Below are positions 39,545 through 50,274 of a DNA stretch of 57,383 nucleotides, piece after piece (within the stretch, counting starts at the first letter, position 1; every line of letters starts with the position of its first letter). The notes under the pieces are model-generated. The model was not told where the DNA came from. It worked only from the letters and a program-made list of their open reading frames with translations, and did no database searches. The stretch spans positions 1 to 57,383 of the forward strand of contig JBGSLX010000021.1 in assembly GCA_041740475.1 (NCBI GenBank), in the 5' to 3' direction. Source of the DNA: Akkermansiaceae bacterium (GTDB lineage: Bacteria; Verrucomicrobiota; Verrucomicrobiia; Verrucomicrobiales; Akkermansiaceae). The position numbers and the translations under genes are program-made.

Positions 39545-40789
39545 TTATTTGAAGGTGCCTTTGAGGAATGGCTCCCCAACGATGTCTTTATATTCCTTCA
39601 GAATTTTGAACTGACCATCAGCGCGTGTTTCACCGATGAACACATTTTTGGTCAAATGGTGATTGGCTTGTGACGTTACTTTGCCACCTGGGCCATCGAA
39701 GGAAATGCCACTTTTCAGGGCTTCCATGACTTTAGCAGGCTCGAAAGTTCCAGCCTTCTCGACAGCAGCTTTCCAAAGGTAAACACCGTTGTAGGAAAGA
39801 ACCATCGGCGAGCAAGTCACGCGACCTTCTTTGACGATTCCAGGAACATCTGACTTAGCCAGCCATGCTTTGAAGTCCGTGATGAACTTGGTGTTCTCTG
39901 GGCTTTTGATCGACTGGAAATAAGTCCAGCAACCCAATTGACCGACAAGCTGGCTCGCAGGAAGTCCACGGAACTCATCTTCAGAAACGGAGAAGCTCAC
40001 CACTGGGCAAGTTTCTGCTGTTAGGCCCGCAGCGGCATACTCTTTGAAGAATGGCACGTTGGTATCACCATTGAGTGTATTGATGATGCAAGCGTCTCCA
40101 GAAGCTGCGAACTGTTTGATTTCCGAAATGATCTGTTGGTAATCCGTGTGACCGAATGGGGTGTATTTTCCTGCTGAGATGATTTGGCCAGAGGCGTCCT
40201 TGGTGTAACCGCCACCGATGTTCTCAAGAGGAACTCCCTTGCTGAGGAGATACTCGAGAAGAATGAGATTGGTCGTTTGAGGATAAACATAGTCAGAGCC
40301 GATCAGATAGAACTTCTTCTTACCTTCCTCAAGCATGTAGTCCACAGCAGGCGTTGCTTGCTGGTTTACGGCCTCGGCAGTGTAAAAGATGTTTGGCGAC
40401 ATTTCTTCGCCTTCATATTGCACAGGGTAAAATAGCAGTCCTTTTTTCTCCTCGTAAACTGGTAGGACTGACTTGCGGCTGACCGATGTCCAGCAACCAA
40501 AAGTCACTGCAACTTTATCTTGTTCGAGTAGCTGCTTCGCCTTCTCGGCAAAGAGTGGCCAGTTGGATGCCCCGTCAGCGACCACGGGTTCGATCTTCTT
40601 GCCCATCACGCCACCGCTGGCGTTGATTTCATCAAAGGTGAAGAGAAGAATATCTCTAAGAGAAGTTTCACTGATGGCCATGGTGCCAGACAGAGAGTGA
40701 AGAACACCGACTTTCACGGTTTCCTCAGCGATTGCGGAACCAACAATAGAGAGTGCGGCAAGCGCTGAAGGTATGATTTTGAAATTCAT
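39545..40789 (-). CDS. urtA: Urea ABC transporter substrate-binding protein
   Basis: [47 protein letters not shown]. Confidence 0.93.
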   Translation of the reverse strand: MNFKIIPSALAALSIVGSAIAEETVKVGVLHSLSGTMAISETSLRDILLFTFDEINASGGVMGKKIEPVVADGASNWPLFAEKAKQLLEQDKVAVTFGCWTSVSRKSVLPVYEEKKGLLFYPVQYEGEEMSPNIFYTAEAVNQQATPAVDYMLEEGKKKFYLIGSDYVYPQTTNLILLEYLLSKGVPLENIGGGYTKDASGQIISAGKYTPFGHTDYQQIISEIKQFAASGDACIINTLNGDTNVPFFKEYAAAGLTAETCPVVSFSVSEDEFRGLPASQLVGQLGCWTYFQSIKSPENTKFITDFKAWLAKSDVPGIVKEGRVTCSPMVLSYNGVYLWKAAVEKAGTFEPAKVMEALKSGISFDGPGGKVTSQANHHLTKNVFIGETRADGQFKILKEYKDIVGEPFLKGTFK

Positions 40790-40820
40790 GATTGATATAA
40801 TAGATGGATGTTTTTTTTAC

Positions 40821-40878
40821 AAAAAATGAGGGGCGAGAAGCGACTTCAGCGGGGGGGGGAGCCTCTCGCCCCATCATT
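40821..40878 (-). terminator. Large-loop hairpin plus U tract between porin and urtA
   Basis: AATGAGGGGCGAGA (40825-40838) / TCTCGCCCCATCATT (40864-40878); A6 at 40821-40826; G9 in loop. Confidence 0.5.
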
Positions 40879-40906
40879 GGTGATATGGAACTGCTCGTTG
40901 CAGAAA

Positions 40907-41746
40907 TTAGAAGGACAGAGCGACGCCGAGATTGGCGGTTAGGAAGTCATCTTGTGGATTGTTCGGAATGACTTCATCATCGGTGAAGTAATAAGTTAGT
41001 CCGCCATTGAGGGTCCAATCACCAAAGCTTTCTCCAATATAAGGAGTAAGAGGCAAACTAGCGCCAAGCCCTAGAGAGACGAATCCAAAGCCATCATCCG
41101 TGCTGCCTGCGTGGAAGTCATCATCGAGAAAGTAAGCTATGTTCAGCGGCACCGAAAAGGTGACAGGGCCAAGGTCGAAGCCATGTGACAAGCCGAGGAC
41201 GGCAACCGTGCCGTTGTTGCCGCCTGAAGCACCTGGATCCAAGCGATTATGGAATGTGAGTGATGGCGCAAGGAATGTGTCGTAGGCGAATTTAACGTCG
41301 AGAATGTCCTCAGTGGTGCTGCCGTACATCCATGCTTGGTAGGTAACACCCACGGTGAATTTATCATAAGTGTAGGAAAGGCCTGTCCAGACATCGATTT
41401 CTTGGATGCGGCCACCGATTGGTGAACTATTGCCACCATTCTTGCTATTCACATCCCACCATGTACCAAGTGTGAAAGTGAAGTCCGCCGGAAGCGCAAA
41501 TGCCAACTCCAACATGGGATTAAATGTAGGGTCAGACATCGACGATCCATCGCCCCATACATCTGCACCGTAAGAGATGAAGTGCGAATAGAAGTCGAGC
41601 TTCAAGACGCCAGATACGACGTCATCGGCAGGCGCTGGCTCAGGAGCCATTGTCGATGTCGGCTCGGTGGTTCCTGCTGACGCAATACCAGTGGCAAGCG
41701 CGAGAGTGAGGATGGTAGCATTAACTCGATTGCAGTATTTTTTCAT
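40907..41746 (-). CDS. Outer-membrane beta-barrel protein (Gcw_chp/TorF-like putative porin)
   Basis: Signal peptide, amphipathic beta strands, EIDVWTGLSY, C-terminal ANLGVALSF. Confidence 0.75.
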   Translation of the reverse strand: MKKYCNRVNATILTLALATGIASAGTTEPTSTMAPEPAPADDVVSGVLKLDFYSHFISYGADVWGDGSSMSDPTFNPMLELAFALPADFTFTLGTWWDVNSKNGGNSSPIGGRIQEIDVWTGLSYTYDKFTVGVTYQAWMYGSTTEDILDVKFAYDTFLAPSLTFHNRLDPGASGGNNGTVAVLGLSHGFDLGPVTFSVPLNIAYFLDDDFHAGSTDDGFGFVSLGLGASLPLTPYIGESFGDWTLNGGLTYYFTDDEVIPNNPQDDFLTANLGVALSF

Positions 41747-41816
41747 TTTAATGGATGTTCGTTTTCGCTGTGTGGTTGAAACTGTTTTTTCAGTGAAACG
41801 TTTCAGATATATATTC

Positions 41817-41832
41817 AGCAAATGGCATGCCA
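41817..41832 (-). promoter_or_regulatory. Sigma-54 -24/-12 promoter
   Basis: Minus strand TGGCATGCCATTTGCT matches TGGCAC-N5-TTGCW, about 70 bp upstream of the porin ATG. Confidence 0.75.
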
Positions 41833-41954
41833 GATCGTGATGATATCAGTTCAAAAACGTTGGGAATTGCCTTAAAAATCTATTTTTTGCCCCGCGAATT
41901 AATCAGTTTCATATATAAATTATTAACTATGAATCCGCAGCATAATGGTGGGGT

Positions 41955-41978
41955 TTGCCTCAAATATGATACAGGCAA
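41955..41978. promoter_or_regulatory. Palindrome, candidate enhancer-binding-protein site
   Basis: TTGCCT-N12-AGGCAA about 125 bp upstream of the sigma-54 element, with AT-rich DNA between. Confidence 0.4.
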
Positions 41979-42184
41979 TATCGCCAGTCATCAGTTTCCA
42001 TCCGTCCACAAAGTCATCGACGAATGGACGAATGCAGCACGCGCGGCAGAAATGTGGCGGCGGTTTTTAACCGCCATGCCAAACTGAATTGACCCGTGTG
42101 GACATGGCAGTATCGAGCGCTGCTATAAGTATACGATGACCCAGCAAAAACCTATAAGCCGATCTGGAGCTCGGCGATCCCGGG

Positions 42185-42209
42185 GGTGATGCCCAATTTG
42201 AGCATCACC
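42185..42209. other. Hairpin/palindrome downstream of gltD
   Basis: GGTGATGC-N9-GCATCACC. Confidence 0.4.
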
Positions 42210-42244
42210 GCGCATTCTATAGGCTAAGCAAACAATTCCTCGAC

Positions 42245-43738
42245 TTACGGGAGATGAGTCACGCCCATTAGGAAGCGGTCGCACTCACGTGCCGCACCAC
42301 GGCCTTCATTGATGGCCCAGACGACGAGTGACTGCCCACGGCGCATGTCGCCAGCGGCGAAAACACCGGGGAGATTGGTCGTGTATTGGTTGTGATCCGC
42401 CTTCACATTCGAGCGTGCATCCGTCTCCAGAGCGAACTGGTTGACGATTTCTTGTTCTGGACCTTGGAATCCCATGGCCAAAAGCACGAGCTGCGCCGGT
42501 ATGACGCGGGCGCTGCCATCTTTTTCCTTGGGCTGGTAGCGACCGTTTTCGTGCAGCCACTCGATGTCACAAATTTCCAAACCGGATAAATTGCCGGCTT
42601 CGTCTTTGAGGAATCGCTTGGTTTGGATGAGATATTGGCGCGGGTCTTGCCCTTGAACGGCAGCGGCTTCTTCTTGGCCGTAATCGACCTTGTAAACCTT
42701 CGGCCATTCCGGCCATGGATTATCGGCAGCGCGCTCAAGCGGAGCCTTGGGCATGATTTCGAGCTGGGTCACGCTGTTGCAACCATGGCGCAGGCTAGTT
42801 CCCACGCAATCGGTGCCAGTATCACCACCACCAATAACCACCACGTCTTTGCCCTTAGCATTGAGCGCTGGGATCGTGTTGTCGAATTGGTGGTCGAGTT
42901 GGTACTGGGTGTTTTCCGTGAGGAATTCCATCGCGAGGTGAATGCCGTTCGCATCACGACCTTCGATGGGTAAATCGCGTCCGAGTGTGGCTCCGCAGCA
43001 AAGCACGATGGCATCGAAGTCTGTTCTGAGCTTCTCAGCGGTCCATTCCGGGTCGTGACCGATGTTGATGCCGGTTTTGAAGACGACGCCTTCTTCTGCG
43101 AGCAAGTTGACGCGGCGCTGAACGACCAACTCCTTGTCGAGTTTCATGTTTGGAATGCCATACATCAGCAAGCCACCGATGCGGTCAGCGCGTTCAAATA
43201 CCGTCACGCTGTGACCAGCTTGATTCAGTTGGTCAGCACAGGAAAGGCCAGCAGGTCCTGAGCCGATCACGGCGACTTTTTTGCCAGTGCGCTTTTCTGG
43301 AATGCGTGGGGTGACCCAGCCCTCTTCCCAGCCTTTGTCGATGATGGCGCATTCGTTTTCCTTGATCGTCACGGGCGGCTCGATGATGCCCAGCACGCAC
43401 GAACCTTCGCACGGTGCAGGACAGACACGGCCGGTAAATTCCGGGAAATTGTTGGTTTTGTGCAATCGCTCCAGCGCTTCCTTCCAGCGACCGCGAAAAA
43501 TCAGATCGTTCCACTCTGGGATGAGATTATTGACCGGACAGCCTGAAGCCATGCCGGCAACCATGTGACCGGTATGGCAGAATGGTGTGCCGCAATCCAT
43601 GCAGCGCGCGCCTTGCGCCTGCCGCGCTTTGATATCGCTGTGAATTTTGAACTCGCGCCAGTGCTTGATGCGCTCGAGTGGTGCGTCCTCTGAATCCTTC
43701 TTGCGAGGGATCTCCATGAATCCGGTAGCTTTTCCCAT
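42245..43738 (-). CDS. gltD: Glutamate synthase small subunit
   Basis: [52 protein letters not shown]. Confidence 0.97.
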   Translation of the reverse strand: MGKATGFMEIPRKKDSEDAPLERIKHWREFKIHSDIKARQAQGARCMDCGTPFCHTGHMVAGMASGCPVNNLIPEWNDLIFRGRWKEALERLHKTNNFPEFTGRVCPAPCEGSCVLGIIEPPVTIKENECAIIDKGWEEGWVTPRIPEKRTGKKVAVIGSGPAGLSCADQLNQAGHSVTVFERADRIGGLLMYGIPNMKLDKELVVQRRVNLLAEEGVVFKTGINIGHDPEWTAEKLRTDFDAIVLCCGATLGRDLPIEGRDANGIHLAMEFLTENTQYQLDHQFDNTIPALNAKGKDVVVIGGGDTGTDCVGTSLRHGCNSVTQLEIMPKAPLERAADNPWPEWPKVYKVDYGQEEAAAVQGQDPRQYLIQTKRFLKDEAGNLSGLEICDIEWLHENGRYQPKEKDGSARVIPAQLVLLAMGFQGPEQEIVNQFALETDARSNVKADHNQYTTNLPGVFAAGDMRRGQSLVVWAINEGRGAARECDRFLMGVTHLP

Positions 43739-43770
43739 ATTAAACGTTTTCTAGTTTTCAGTTTTTAACG

Positions 43771-43868
43771 AGACGCAAGATGCAAGACTTCAAGATTCAA
43801 GAGAAGAGGTGCTGTCGCGTGCGTCTTGAACTCTTCTCTTGTGTCTTGCGTCTTGAAGTCTTGCGTCT
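43771..43868. repeat. Inverted repeat with 38-nt arms built from 7-8-nt CAAGA units
   Basis: AGACGCAAGATGCAAGACTTCAAGATTCAAGAGAAGAG (43771-43808) / CTCTTCTCTTGTGTCTTGCGTCTTGAAGTCTTGCGTCT (43831-43868). Confidence 0.85.
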
Positions 43869-43872
43869 TTTT

Positions 43873-46800
43873 TCAGTTCCCCCCGACGCGGGACAGATCT
43901 TTAAGATTTTCTTCAAAGGCCGCCATCGCAGCCTCGTCGCCCGAGAGCCCTTGTTCCTCGACTTTGCGGAAGCATTCGAGCATGCGCTCGTAGTCGCGTG
44001 GAAAGACTTTGAAAAACTTCGGCAACTCAGCGTCCCAGTTCTCCAGCAAGAACTTGCCACGAGCTGAGTCGGTGTATTCGACGTGTTTTTCAATTTCGGA
44101 CTTCACCGTGGCAATGTCCGCATCGCCGCTCTCGATGAGTCGGTAGAGGTTGACCATTTCGGTGTTCAGTCGTTTGTCGAACTGACCGTCGATGTCATAA
44201 ACGTAGGCGACACCGCCAGACATGCCAGCTGCGAAGTTGCGACCTGTTTCGCCGAGCACGATGACTTGGCCACCAGTCATGTATTCGCAACCGTGATCGC
44301 CGACGCCTTCGACGACGGTATTCACGCCGGAATTCCGAACACAGAAGCGCTCGCCAGCGATGCCGTTGATGTAGGCGTTGCCGGTGGTGGCTCCGTAAAA
44401 TGCGACGTTGCCGATGAGGATGTTTTCCTCGGCTTTAAAAGACGAACCCTTGGGCGGATAGATGATGATTTTGGCTCCGGAGAGTCCTTTGCCCACGTAA
44501 TCGTTTGCATCGCCTTCGAGTTCGAAGGTCATTCCCTGCGGGCAAAATGCACCGAGTGATTGGCCGGCGCTGCCGTGGAACTTGAGATGAATTGTATCCT
44601 CCGGCAATCCTTCGCCACCATGCTTGCGGGTGAGTTCGCTGCCAGTGATGGTACCGACCACGCGGTTGATATTGATGATCGGCAGCTCAGCGCGAACTTT
44701 CTCACCGCGCTCAATCGCGGGTTTGCAGAGCTTGAGCAACATGGTCATATCGAGAGACTTCTCGAGTCCATGGTCCTGCGTTTTTTGGCAATAGGCACCC
44801 ACTTCATCGCCGACATCCGGCTTGTGGAAAATCGAAGTGAGATCCACGCCGCTGGCTTTCCAGTGTTCGGTGGCTTCCTGAGTTTCGAGGCAATCGACTT
44901 GGCCGACCATTTCATTGATGGTGCGGAAGCCAAGTTCGGCCATGATTTCGCGCATTTCCATGGCGATGAAAGTCATGAAGTTCACCACGTGTTCGGGTTT
45001 GCCCATGAAATTTTTGCGCAGCTTCGGATCTTGGGTCGCGACTCCAACCGGGCAGGTGTTTTTCTGGCAAACGCGCATCATGATGCAACCGACCGAAACG
45101 AGCGGTGCCGTGGCAAAACCATATTCCTCAGCGCCCAGCAGCGCGGCGATTGCGACGTCGCGGCCAGTTTTGAGTTGTCCGTCGGTCTCCAGCACGACGC
45201 GTGAGCGAAGATCGTTGAGCAGAAGAATCTGATTGGTTTCCGCAAGTCCGAGCTCCCATGGTGCGCCGGCATTGTAGATCGAGGAGGTGGGTGATGCGCC
45301 AGTGCCGCCGTCGTGGCCAGCGATCAGGATCACATCTGCGTGGGCTTTGGCGACGCCAGCGGCAATGGTGCCGACTCCGACTTCCGCGACGAGTTTCACA
45401 TTGATGCGGGCGCGCGGGTTGGAATTTTTCAGGTCATGGATCAACTCGGAGAGATCCTCGATCGAGTAAATATCGTGGTGCGGTGGAGGAGAAACGAGGC
45501 CCACACCGGGTGTCGAGTAGCGCACCTTGGCGATCCATGGATAGACTTTTGAACCAGGGAGTTCGCCGCCTTCACCGGGCTTTGCGCCTTGTGAAATTTT
45601 GATCTGAATTTCATCGGCATTGACGAGATATTCACTGGTGACGCCGAAACGTCCTGAAGCGACCTGCTTGATGGCAGAGCGTTTGCTGTCGCCATTCGCG
45701 AGTGGAATGTAGCGTTCTGGATCCTCGCCACCTTCGCCGGTGTTCGACTTGCCGCCGATGCGGTTCATGGCGATGGCGAGCGTTTCATGCGCCTCTTGTG
45801 AAATCGAGCCGTAAGACATCGCGCCCGTTTTGAAGCGCTTGGTGATTGCTTCGATGGGTTCGACTTCTTCGAGAGGAATCGGTTTGCGCTTGGCCTTGAA
45901 CTTCATCAGGCCACGCAGCGTCGAAAGGTTCTCGCTCTGGTCGTTGATCTTCTTCGCATACTGCTTGAAGACCTCGTAACTGCCGGTGCGCACCGACTTT
46001 TGCAGCAGGTGAATCGTGTCCGGGTTGAAAAGGTGATATTCACCATCGCTGCGCCATTGATACATGCCGCCCGAGCTGAGCGCTTGTTCTTCGGCTTCGA
46101 TGTGACGGTCTGGAAATGCGACCCGATGACGAATCAGCGCCTCTTCCGCGATGGACGCGATGTCAGACCCTTCGCAACGGCTGGAGGTGCCGGTGAAATA
46201 TTTGTTCACCAGATCGGTGCTCAGGCCGATGGTTTCAAAAATCTGCGCCCCGCGGTAGGATGCGACTGTCGAGATGCCCATCTTGGCCATGGTTTTCACC
46301 ACGCCTTTGATCGAGCCTTTGAGGTAGTTGTAAACTGCCTTGTCATAATCCATGTCCAGCATCTGATCCTTGATCATCTGGTGGATGGAATCGAAGGCCA
46401 TGTAGGGGTTGATAGCATCTGCGCCGTAGCCGATGAGTGTGGAAAAATGGTGCACCTCGCGCGCTTCGCCAGTCTCTAGGATGAGAGAAACCTTGGTGCG
46501 GTTCCCGGAAAGCACCAGATGCTGGTGCAAGCCACCCATCACTAACAGTGTGGGGATAGCTGCATTTTCAGCGCTGATATTGCGGTCAGAAATGATCAGA
46601 AGGTTGCAACCTTCGGCAATCGCATCGTCGGCAGCTTTGCAAAGTTTTGCCATCGCAGCTTCCAGCCCTTTGCCGCCTTGATCTGCGGGGAAAAGCGCGT
46701 GCAGCGTGGTTGATTCGAAGCCTTCACGCTGGATTTCACGCAGTTTCGCAAGCTGGTAGTTATCGAGCAGCGGGTGATCCAGGCGAACCATGCGGCAACT

Positions 46801-48543
46801 GTGCGGCCCCGGATCCAGCAAGTTGCCTTCCGATCCGATAAACGTCTCAGTGGCCGTCACCAGTTCCTCGCGGATGCAGTCCAGCGCGGGATTGGTGACC
46901 TGCGCGAAGATTTGTTTGAAATATTGGTAGAGATGCTTCGGCTTCTCGGAGAGCACGGCGAGCGGAGTGTCGTTGCCCATGGAGGCAATCGGTTGCACGC
47001 CAGTGGAGGCAGTCGGCCCGAGCAGCATGCGAAGGTCCTCGTAAGTGTATCCGAAGGCAAGCTGACGCTGAAGAATGCGATCTTCTTCGACCTTCTTCGG
47101 TGCTTTCGGTTCGGGCAAATCTTTGAGAAAGATGCGATTTTCATCGAGCCATTGCTTGTATGGCTTCGCGGAATAAACGCGCTTCTTGATTTCCTCATCG
47201 GGAATGATGCGGCCTTCCTTCATGTCCACGAGGAACATGCGGCCGGGTTGCAGGCGGCCTTTTTTCACAATCGTGAGCGGGTCCAGATCCGGGATCACTC
47301 CGACTTCGGAAGCCATGATGACGAGATCATCCTCGGTGACGTAATAGCGGCTAGGGCGCAGACCATTGCGGTCGAGCACCGCGCCGATCATTTGTCCGTC
47401 AGAGAAAGTGATCGAAGCTGGGCCGTCCCAGGGTTCCATCATGCAGGCGTGAAATTCATAAAACGCCTTTTTGCCCTCATCCATTGAGGTGTGGCGCTCC
47501 CAAGGCTCGGGAATCATCATCATCATCGCATGGACCAGATCGTATCCACCGAAGTGCATGAATTCCAATGCGTTATCGAAGCGCGCGGAGTCCGAGCCGT
47601 CTTCGTTGATAACTGGGAAAATGCTTTCAATATCAGCACCAAACTTGTCGCTTTTGCACAGCGACTGACGGGCTTTCATGAAATTGGCGTTGCCCATCAC
47701 CGTGTTGATTTCGCCGTTGTGGGCGATGAAACGGTTCGGATGAGCGCGTGACCAACTTGGGAAGGTGTTAGTCGAGAAACGGGTGTGCATCAGCGCCAGC
47801 GCGGACTCGAAGTCAGGGTCATGCAAATCCGGGAAATACTGTGCGAGCTGGCAAGGGGTCAGCATGCCTTTGTACACCATCGTGCGAGCCGAAAGATTGG
47901 TCACGTAGTGGTAGTCTGCGCCGGGAAACTTGTTGGATTTGTTTCCATGGACGTCGGAAAACTTGGTCGGAACCTCGTTGTTGCGAATCCATTGGCCGAC
48001 GCGTTGGCGGATGACGTAGAGCTTGCGCTCGAAGTCCATCGGATTGGTGAGATCGGCGCTTTTTCCGATAAAAATCTGCTTCAGAGTGGGTTCGTAGCGC
48101 CCGGATGTTTTGCCGAGAATTTCGCTTTTCACCGGCACGCTGCGCCAGCCGAGAAACTTCTGACCTTCCTCGCGGATCACGTGTTCAAACACCTGCATCG
48201 CGGCTTCGCGTTCGCTGGTGTGTGGCGAGAGGAAAACAATGCCCGAGCCATATTCGCCCTCGGGCGGCAGTTCGATGTGCTTTTTGGCCATTTCCTTGCG
48301 CAGGAATTTGTCCGGCATTTGCACGAATAGTCCCGCGCCGTCGCCAGTCGCTGGGTCCGATCCACTGGCACCCCGGTGGTCCATGTTTTCGTTCATCGTG
48401 AGCGTTTTCACGATGATGTCATGGGACCGCTTGCCCTTCAGGTGGGCGATGAAGCCAACGCCGCATGCGTCTTTTTCATGCGAGGGATGCCAAAGTCCCT
48501 GAGGTTGCGGCCAGCCAAGCGGAGATTTCTGCGAAACGGACAT
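43873..48543 (-). CDS. gltB: Glutamate synthase large subunit
   Basis: [54 protein letters not shown]. Confidence 0.98.
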   Translation of the reverse strand: MSVSQKSPLGWPQPQGLWHPSHEKDACGVGFIAHLKGKRSHDIIVKTLTMNENMDHRGASGSDPATGDGAGLFVQMPDKFLRKEMAKKHIELPPEGEYGSGIVFLSPHTSEREAAMQVFEHVIREEGQKFLGWRSVPVKSEILGKTSGRYEPTLKQIFIGKSADLTNPMDFERKLYVIRQRVGQWIRNNEVPTKFSDVHGNKSNKFPGADYHYVTNLSARTMVYKGMLTPCQLAQYFPDLHDPDFESALALMHTRFSTNTFPSWSRAHPNRFIAHNGEINTVMGNANFMKARQSLCKSDKFGADIESIFPVINEDGSDSARFDNALEFMHFGGYDLVHAMMMMIPEPWERHTSMDEGKKAFYEFHACMMEPWDGPASITFSDGQMIGAVLDRNGLRPSRYYVTEDDLVIMASEVGVIPDLDPLTIVKKGRLQPGRMFLVDMKEGRIIPDEEIKKRVYSAKPYKQWLDENRIFLKDLPEPKAPKKVEEDRILQRQLAFGYTYEDLRMLLGPTASTGVQPIASMGNDTPLAVLSEKPKHLYQYFKQIFAQVTNPALDCIREELVTATETFIGSEGNLLDPGPHSCRMVRLDHPLLDNYQLAKLREIQREGFESTTLHALFPADQGGKGLEAAMAKLCKAADDAIAEGCNLLIISDRNISAENAAIPTLLVMGGLHQHLVLSGNRTKVSLILETGEAREVHHFSTLIGYGADAINPYMAFDSIHQMIKDQMLDMDYDKAVYNYLKGSIKGVVKTMAKMGISTVASYRGAQIFETIGLSTDLVNKYFTGTSSRCEGSDIASIAEEALIRHRVAFPDRHIEAEEQALSSGGMYQWRSDGEYHLFNPDTIHLLQKSVRTGSYEVFKQYAKKINDQSENLSTLRGLMKFKAKRKPIPLEEVEPIEAITKRFKTGAMSYGSISQEAHETLAIAMNRIGGKSNTGEGGEDPERYIPLANGDSKRSAIKQVASGRFGVTSEYLVNADEIQIKISQGAKPGEGGELPGSKVYPWIAKVRYSTPGVGLVSPPPHHDIYSIEDLSELIHDLKNSNPRARINVKLVAEVGVGTIAAGVAKAHADVILIAGHDGGTGASPTSSIYNAGAPWELGLAETNQILLLNDLRSRVVLETDGQLKTGRDVAIAALLGAEEYGFATAPLVSVGCIMMRVCQKNTCPVGVATQDPKLRKNFMGKPEHVVNFMTFIAMEMREIMAELGFRTINEMVGQVDCLETQEATEHWKASGVDLTSIFHKPDVGDEVGAYCQKTQDHGLEKSLDMTMLLKLCKPAIERGEKVRAELPIININRVVGTITGSELTRKHGGEGLPEDTIHLKFHGSAGQSLGAFCPQGMTFELEGDANDYVGKGLSGAKIIIYPPKGSSFKAEENILIGNVAFYGATTGNAYINGIAGERFCVRNSGVNTVVEGVGDHGCEYMTGGQVIVLGETGRNFAAGMSGGVAYVYDIDGQFDKRLNTEMVNLYRLIESGDADIATVKSEIEKHVEYTDSARGKFLLENWDAELPKFFKVFPRDYERMLECFRKVEEQGLSGDEAAMAAFEENLKDLSRVGGN

Positions 48544-48813
48544 ACGGTGATGAGTTACTGAGATTGAGGTTGTGAGAGTGCGATCCGGTGGGACTGCGAC
48601 GGACAATTGACGATATATTCCAAAATTCCAGCAAACTTAATGCCACAAACCTCCAAAAATCTGGAGAATTCCTGAAACACGAGTCATAGCGGACAGGCAA
48701 CTTGCGGATCGTCGCGAAAGCTGTCAAGGCCCAGAGGCGTCGCAAGACAGGCCCATTTGCTCTGAGTATCTCCTCCCTCGGAAACAGTGCAAAAGAGCAT
48801 TTCAGAAACCCGC

Positions 48814-50073
48814 CTATGTATAATCTTCTGCCCGCGCACTGAGATCACGCAGCAACCAAATGCTGAAAGTGGTGCTACAAAGAATCGCTAGAGCGAGGAT
48901 CGCGAATCCGCTGCGATATGAAACCGAGTCAAAAAGCCAGCCGACCAGCAGTGGTCCCGCCGAGTTTGCCGCGATCATGCAGAACCCCAACAAGGTGAAA
49001 TGGCCGGCACGATTTTCCGGACTTGGGATGCCGCTGGTCAGCGCATTCATCGCCCCAGAAAAGCCGCTCCAAGCCACGCCCGCGATCCCCGCTGCCACAA
49101 AAACACTCAGCGCGACGGGAAACGAAGCCAGTAGCAAGAATCCACCGCCAGAGACCGCCAGCCACAGAAACAACGACCGCCGCGCGCCCCAGCCATCGGT
49201 CAGCCAACCGGCCACTGGGCTCAGAGCCAGCTTCGCGCTAGAGGCCGTCATGCCCAACCAAGCCGCCATCTGTGGCTTGAACTCCAGCTCGCGAAACGCA
49301 AACACGCTCGAAAAAATCGCCAACTGCCCCATCAACGGCGAGACCAAACAGAGGACCAGTGTGAGCCGCACAAATTTCCGGTCGCGCCAAAACGCCCGCC
49401 ACATTTCCCGACCCCACGGGCGCGGCGAGACCTCCACCGGAGTCGGCGGTTCTTTCGCTAGCAGCAGCGCCGAATTGGCCACTTGGCAGAGAAACCACGC
49501 TAACACTAACAACGCGCCATACGCTTGTGGCTTGGGCAACGCATCCAGCACCCACGCCGCGATGCCAGCCGCGCCCAGCCCCAGCACGCCACCAATCGCG
49601 GCGGAAAACCCAGCCAATCGCCCACGCAGCCTCATCGGAATGCACGCCGTGAAAAACTCCTGATTCGGCAGCCCGCCGAATCCCGCTGCGATCTGCCCTA
49701 GCATCATCATCAGCACAATAAAGCCCACCATCGCCTCGTTTCCCCCTCCCGCACCACTCCACACCACCGCTCCCACGATCCCCACTGGCAGCAAATACAG
49801 GCTGTCCGTTACGAAAAGATACTTCTTCTTGTAGCGGAAGCGCCGCGTGATCCACGGCGAAAGAAGCATCCCCGGCAGCATAGCAATGAGCACTCCCTGC
49901 ACCATCCCGATCTGGGTATTGGTCGCGCCGTAATGCACCAGCAAAGGCTGCAACACCACCACCACCTCCGACCATCCCATCGCAAACACCGAACCCATCC
50001 AAACCAAGCAGGCAAAATTCCGCCGCACATCGCTCTGACTCAGCTCCACTGGTTTCGGATTCTTTTCTTCCAT
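48814..50073 (-). CDS. MFS transporter
   Basis: About 12 TM helices, RLRGRL, GWLTDGWGAR motif A variant. Confidence 0.88.
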   Translation of the reverse strand: MEEKNPKPVELSQSDVRRNFACLVWMGSVFAMGWSEVVVVLQPLLVHYGATNTQIGMVQGVLIAMLPGMLLSPWITRRFRYKKKYLFVTDSLYLLPVGIVGAVVWSGAGGGNEAMVGFIVLMMMLGQIAAGFGGLPNQEFFTACIPMRLRGRLAGFSAAIGGVLGLGAAGIAAWVLDALPKPQAYGALLVLAWFLCQVANSALLLAKEPPTPVEVSPRPWGREMWRAFWRDRKFVRLTLVLCLVSPLMGQLAIFSSVFAFRELEFKPQMAAWLGMTASSAKLALSPVAGWLTDGWGARRSLFLWLAVSGGGFLLLASFPVALSVFVAAGIAGVAWSGFSGAMNALTSGIPSPENRAGHFTLLGFCMIAANSAGPLLVGWLFDSVSYRSGFAILALAILCSTTFSIWLLRDLSARAEDYT

Positions 50074-50160
50074 ATCCCCCTGCGGCGGATCACTCGCATT
50101 TCACCAACCCACTGACGAGCGCCATGTTTTCGGAGTGGCTCTCTCCGGGGAGCCATATCT

Positions 50161-50187
50161 CACAACGGCGGCTTGAAGCCGCCTGTG
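50161..50187. repeat. REP-like hairpin between MFS gene and mutS
   Basis: GGCGGCTTGAAGCCGCC core; single copy in window. Confidence 0.4.
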
Positions 50188-50274
50188 CGATTCATGGCGT
50201 CTGAAAAACGCCACTCCGTCCCGATCTTCCGCTGGGCTCTTGATTCGCCGTCGCGGCATCTCCAGTCTCCCCAC

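Noticed and set aside
41827-42087. 86-aa ORF upstream of the porin gene
   Set aside because: Overlaps the AT-rich sigma-54 regulatory region and has no recognisable protein features
43771-43868. CRISPR array
   Set aside because: Units are 7-8 nt and inverted, with no unique spacers and no cas genes
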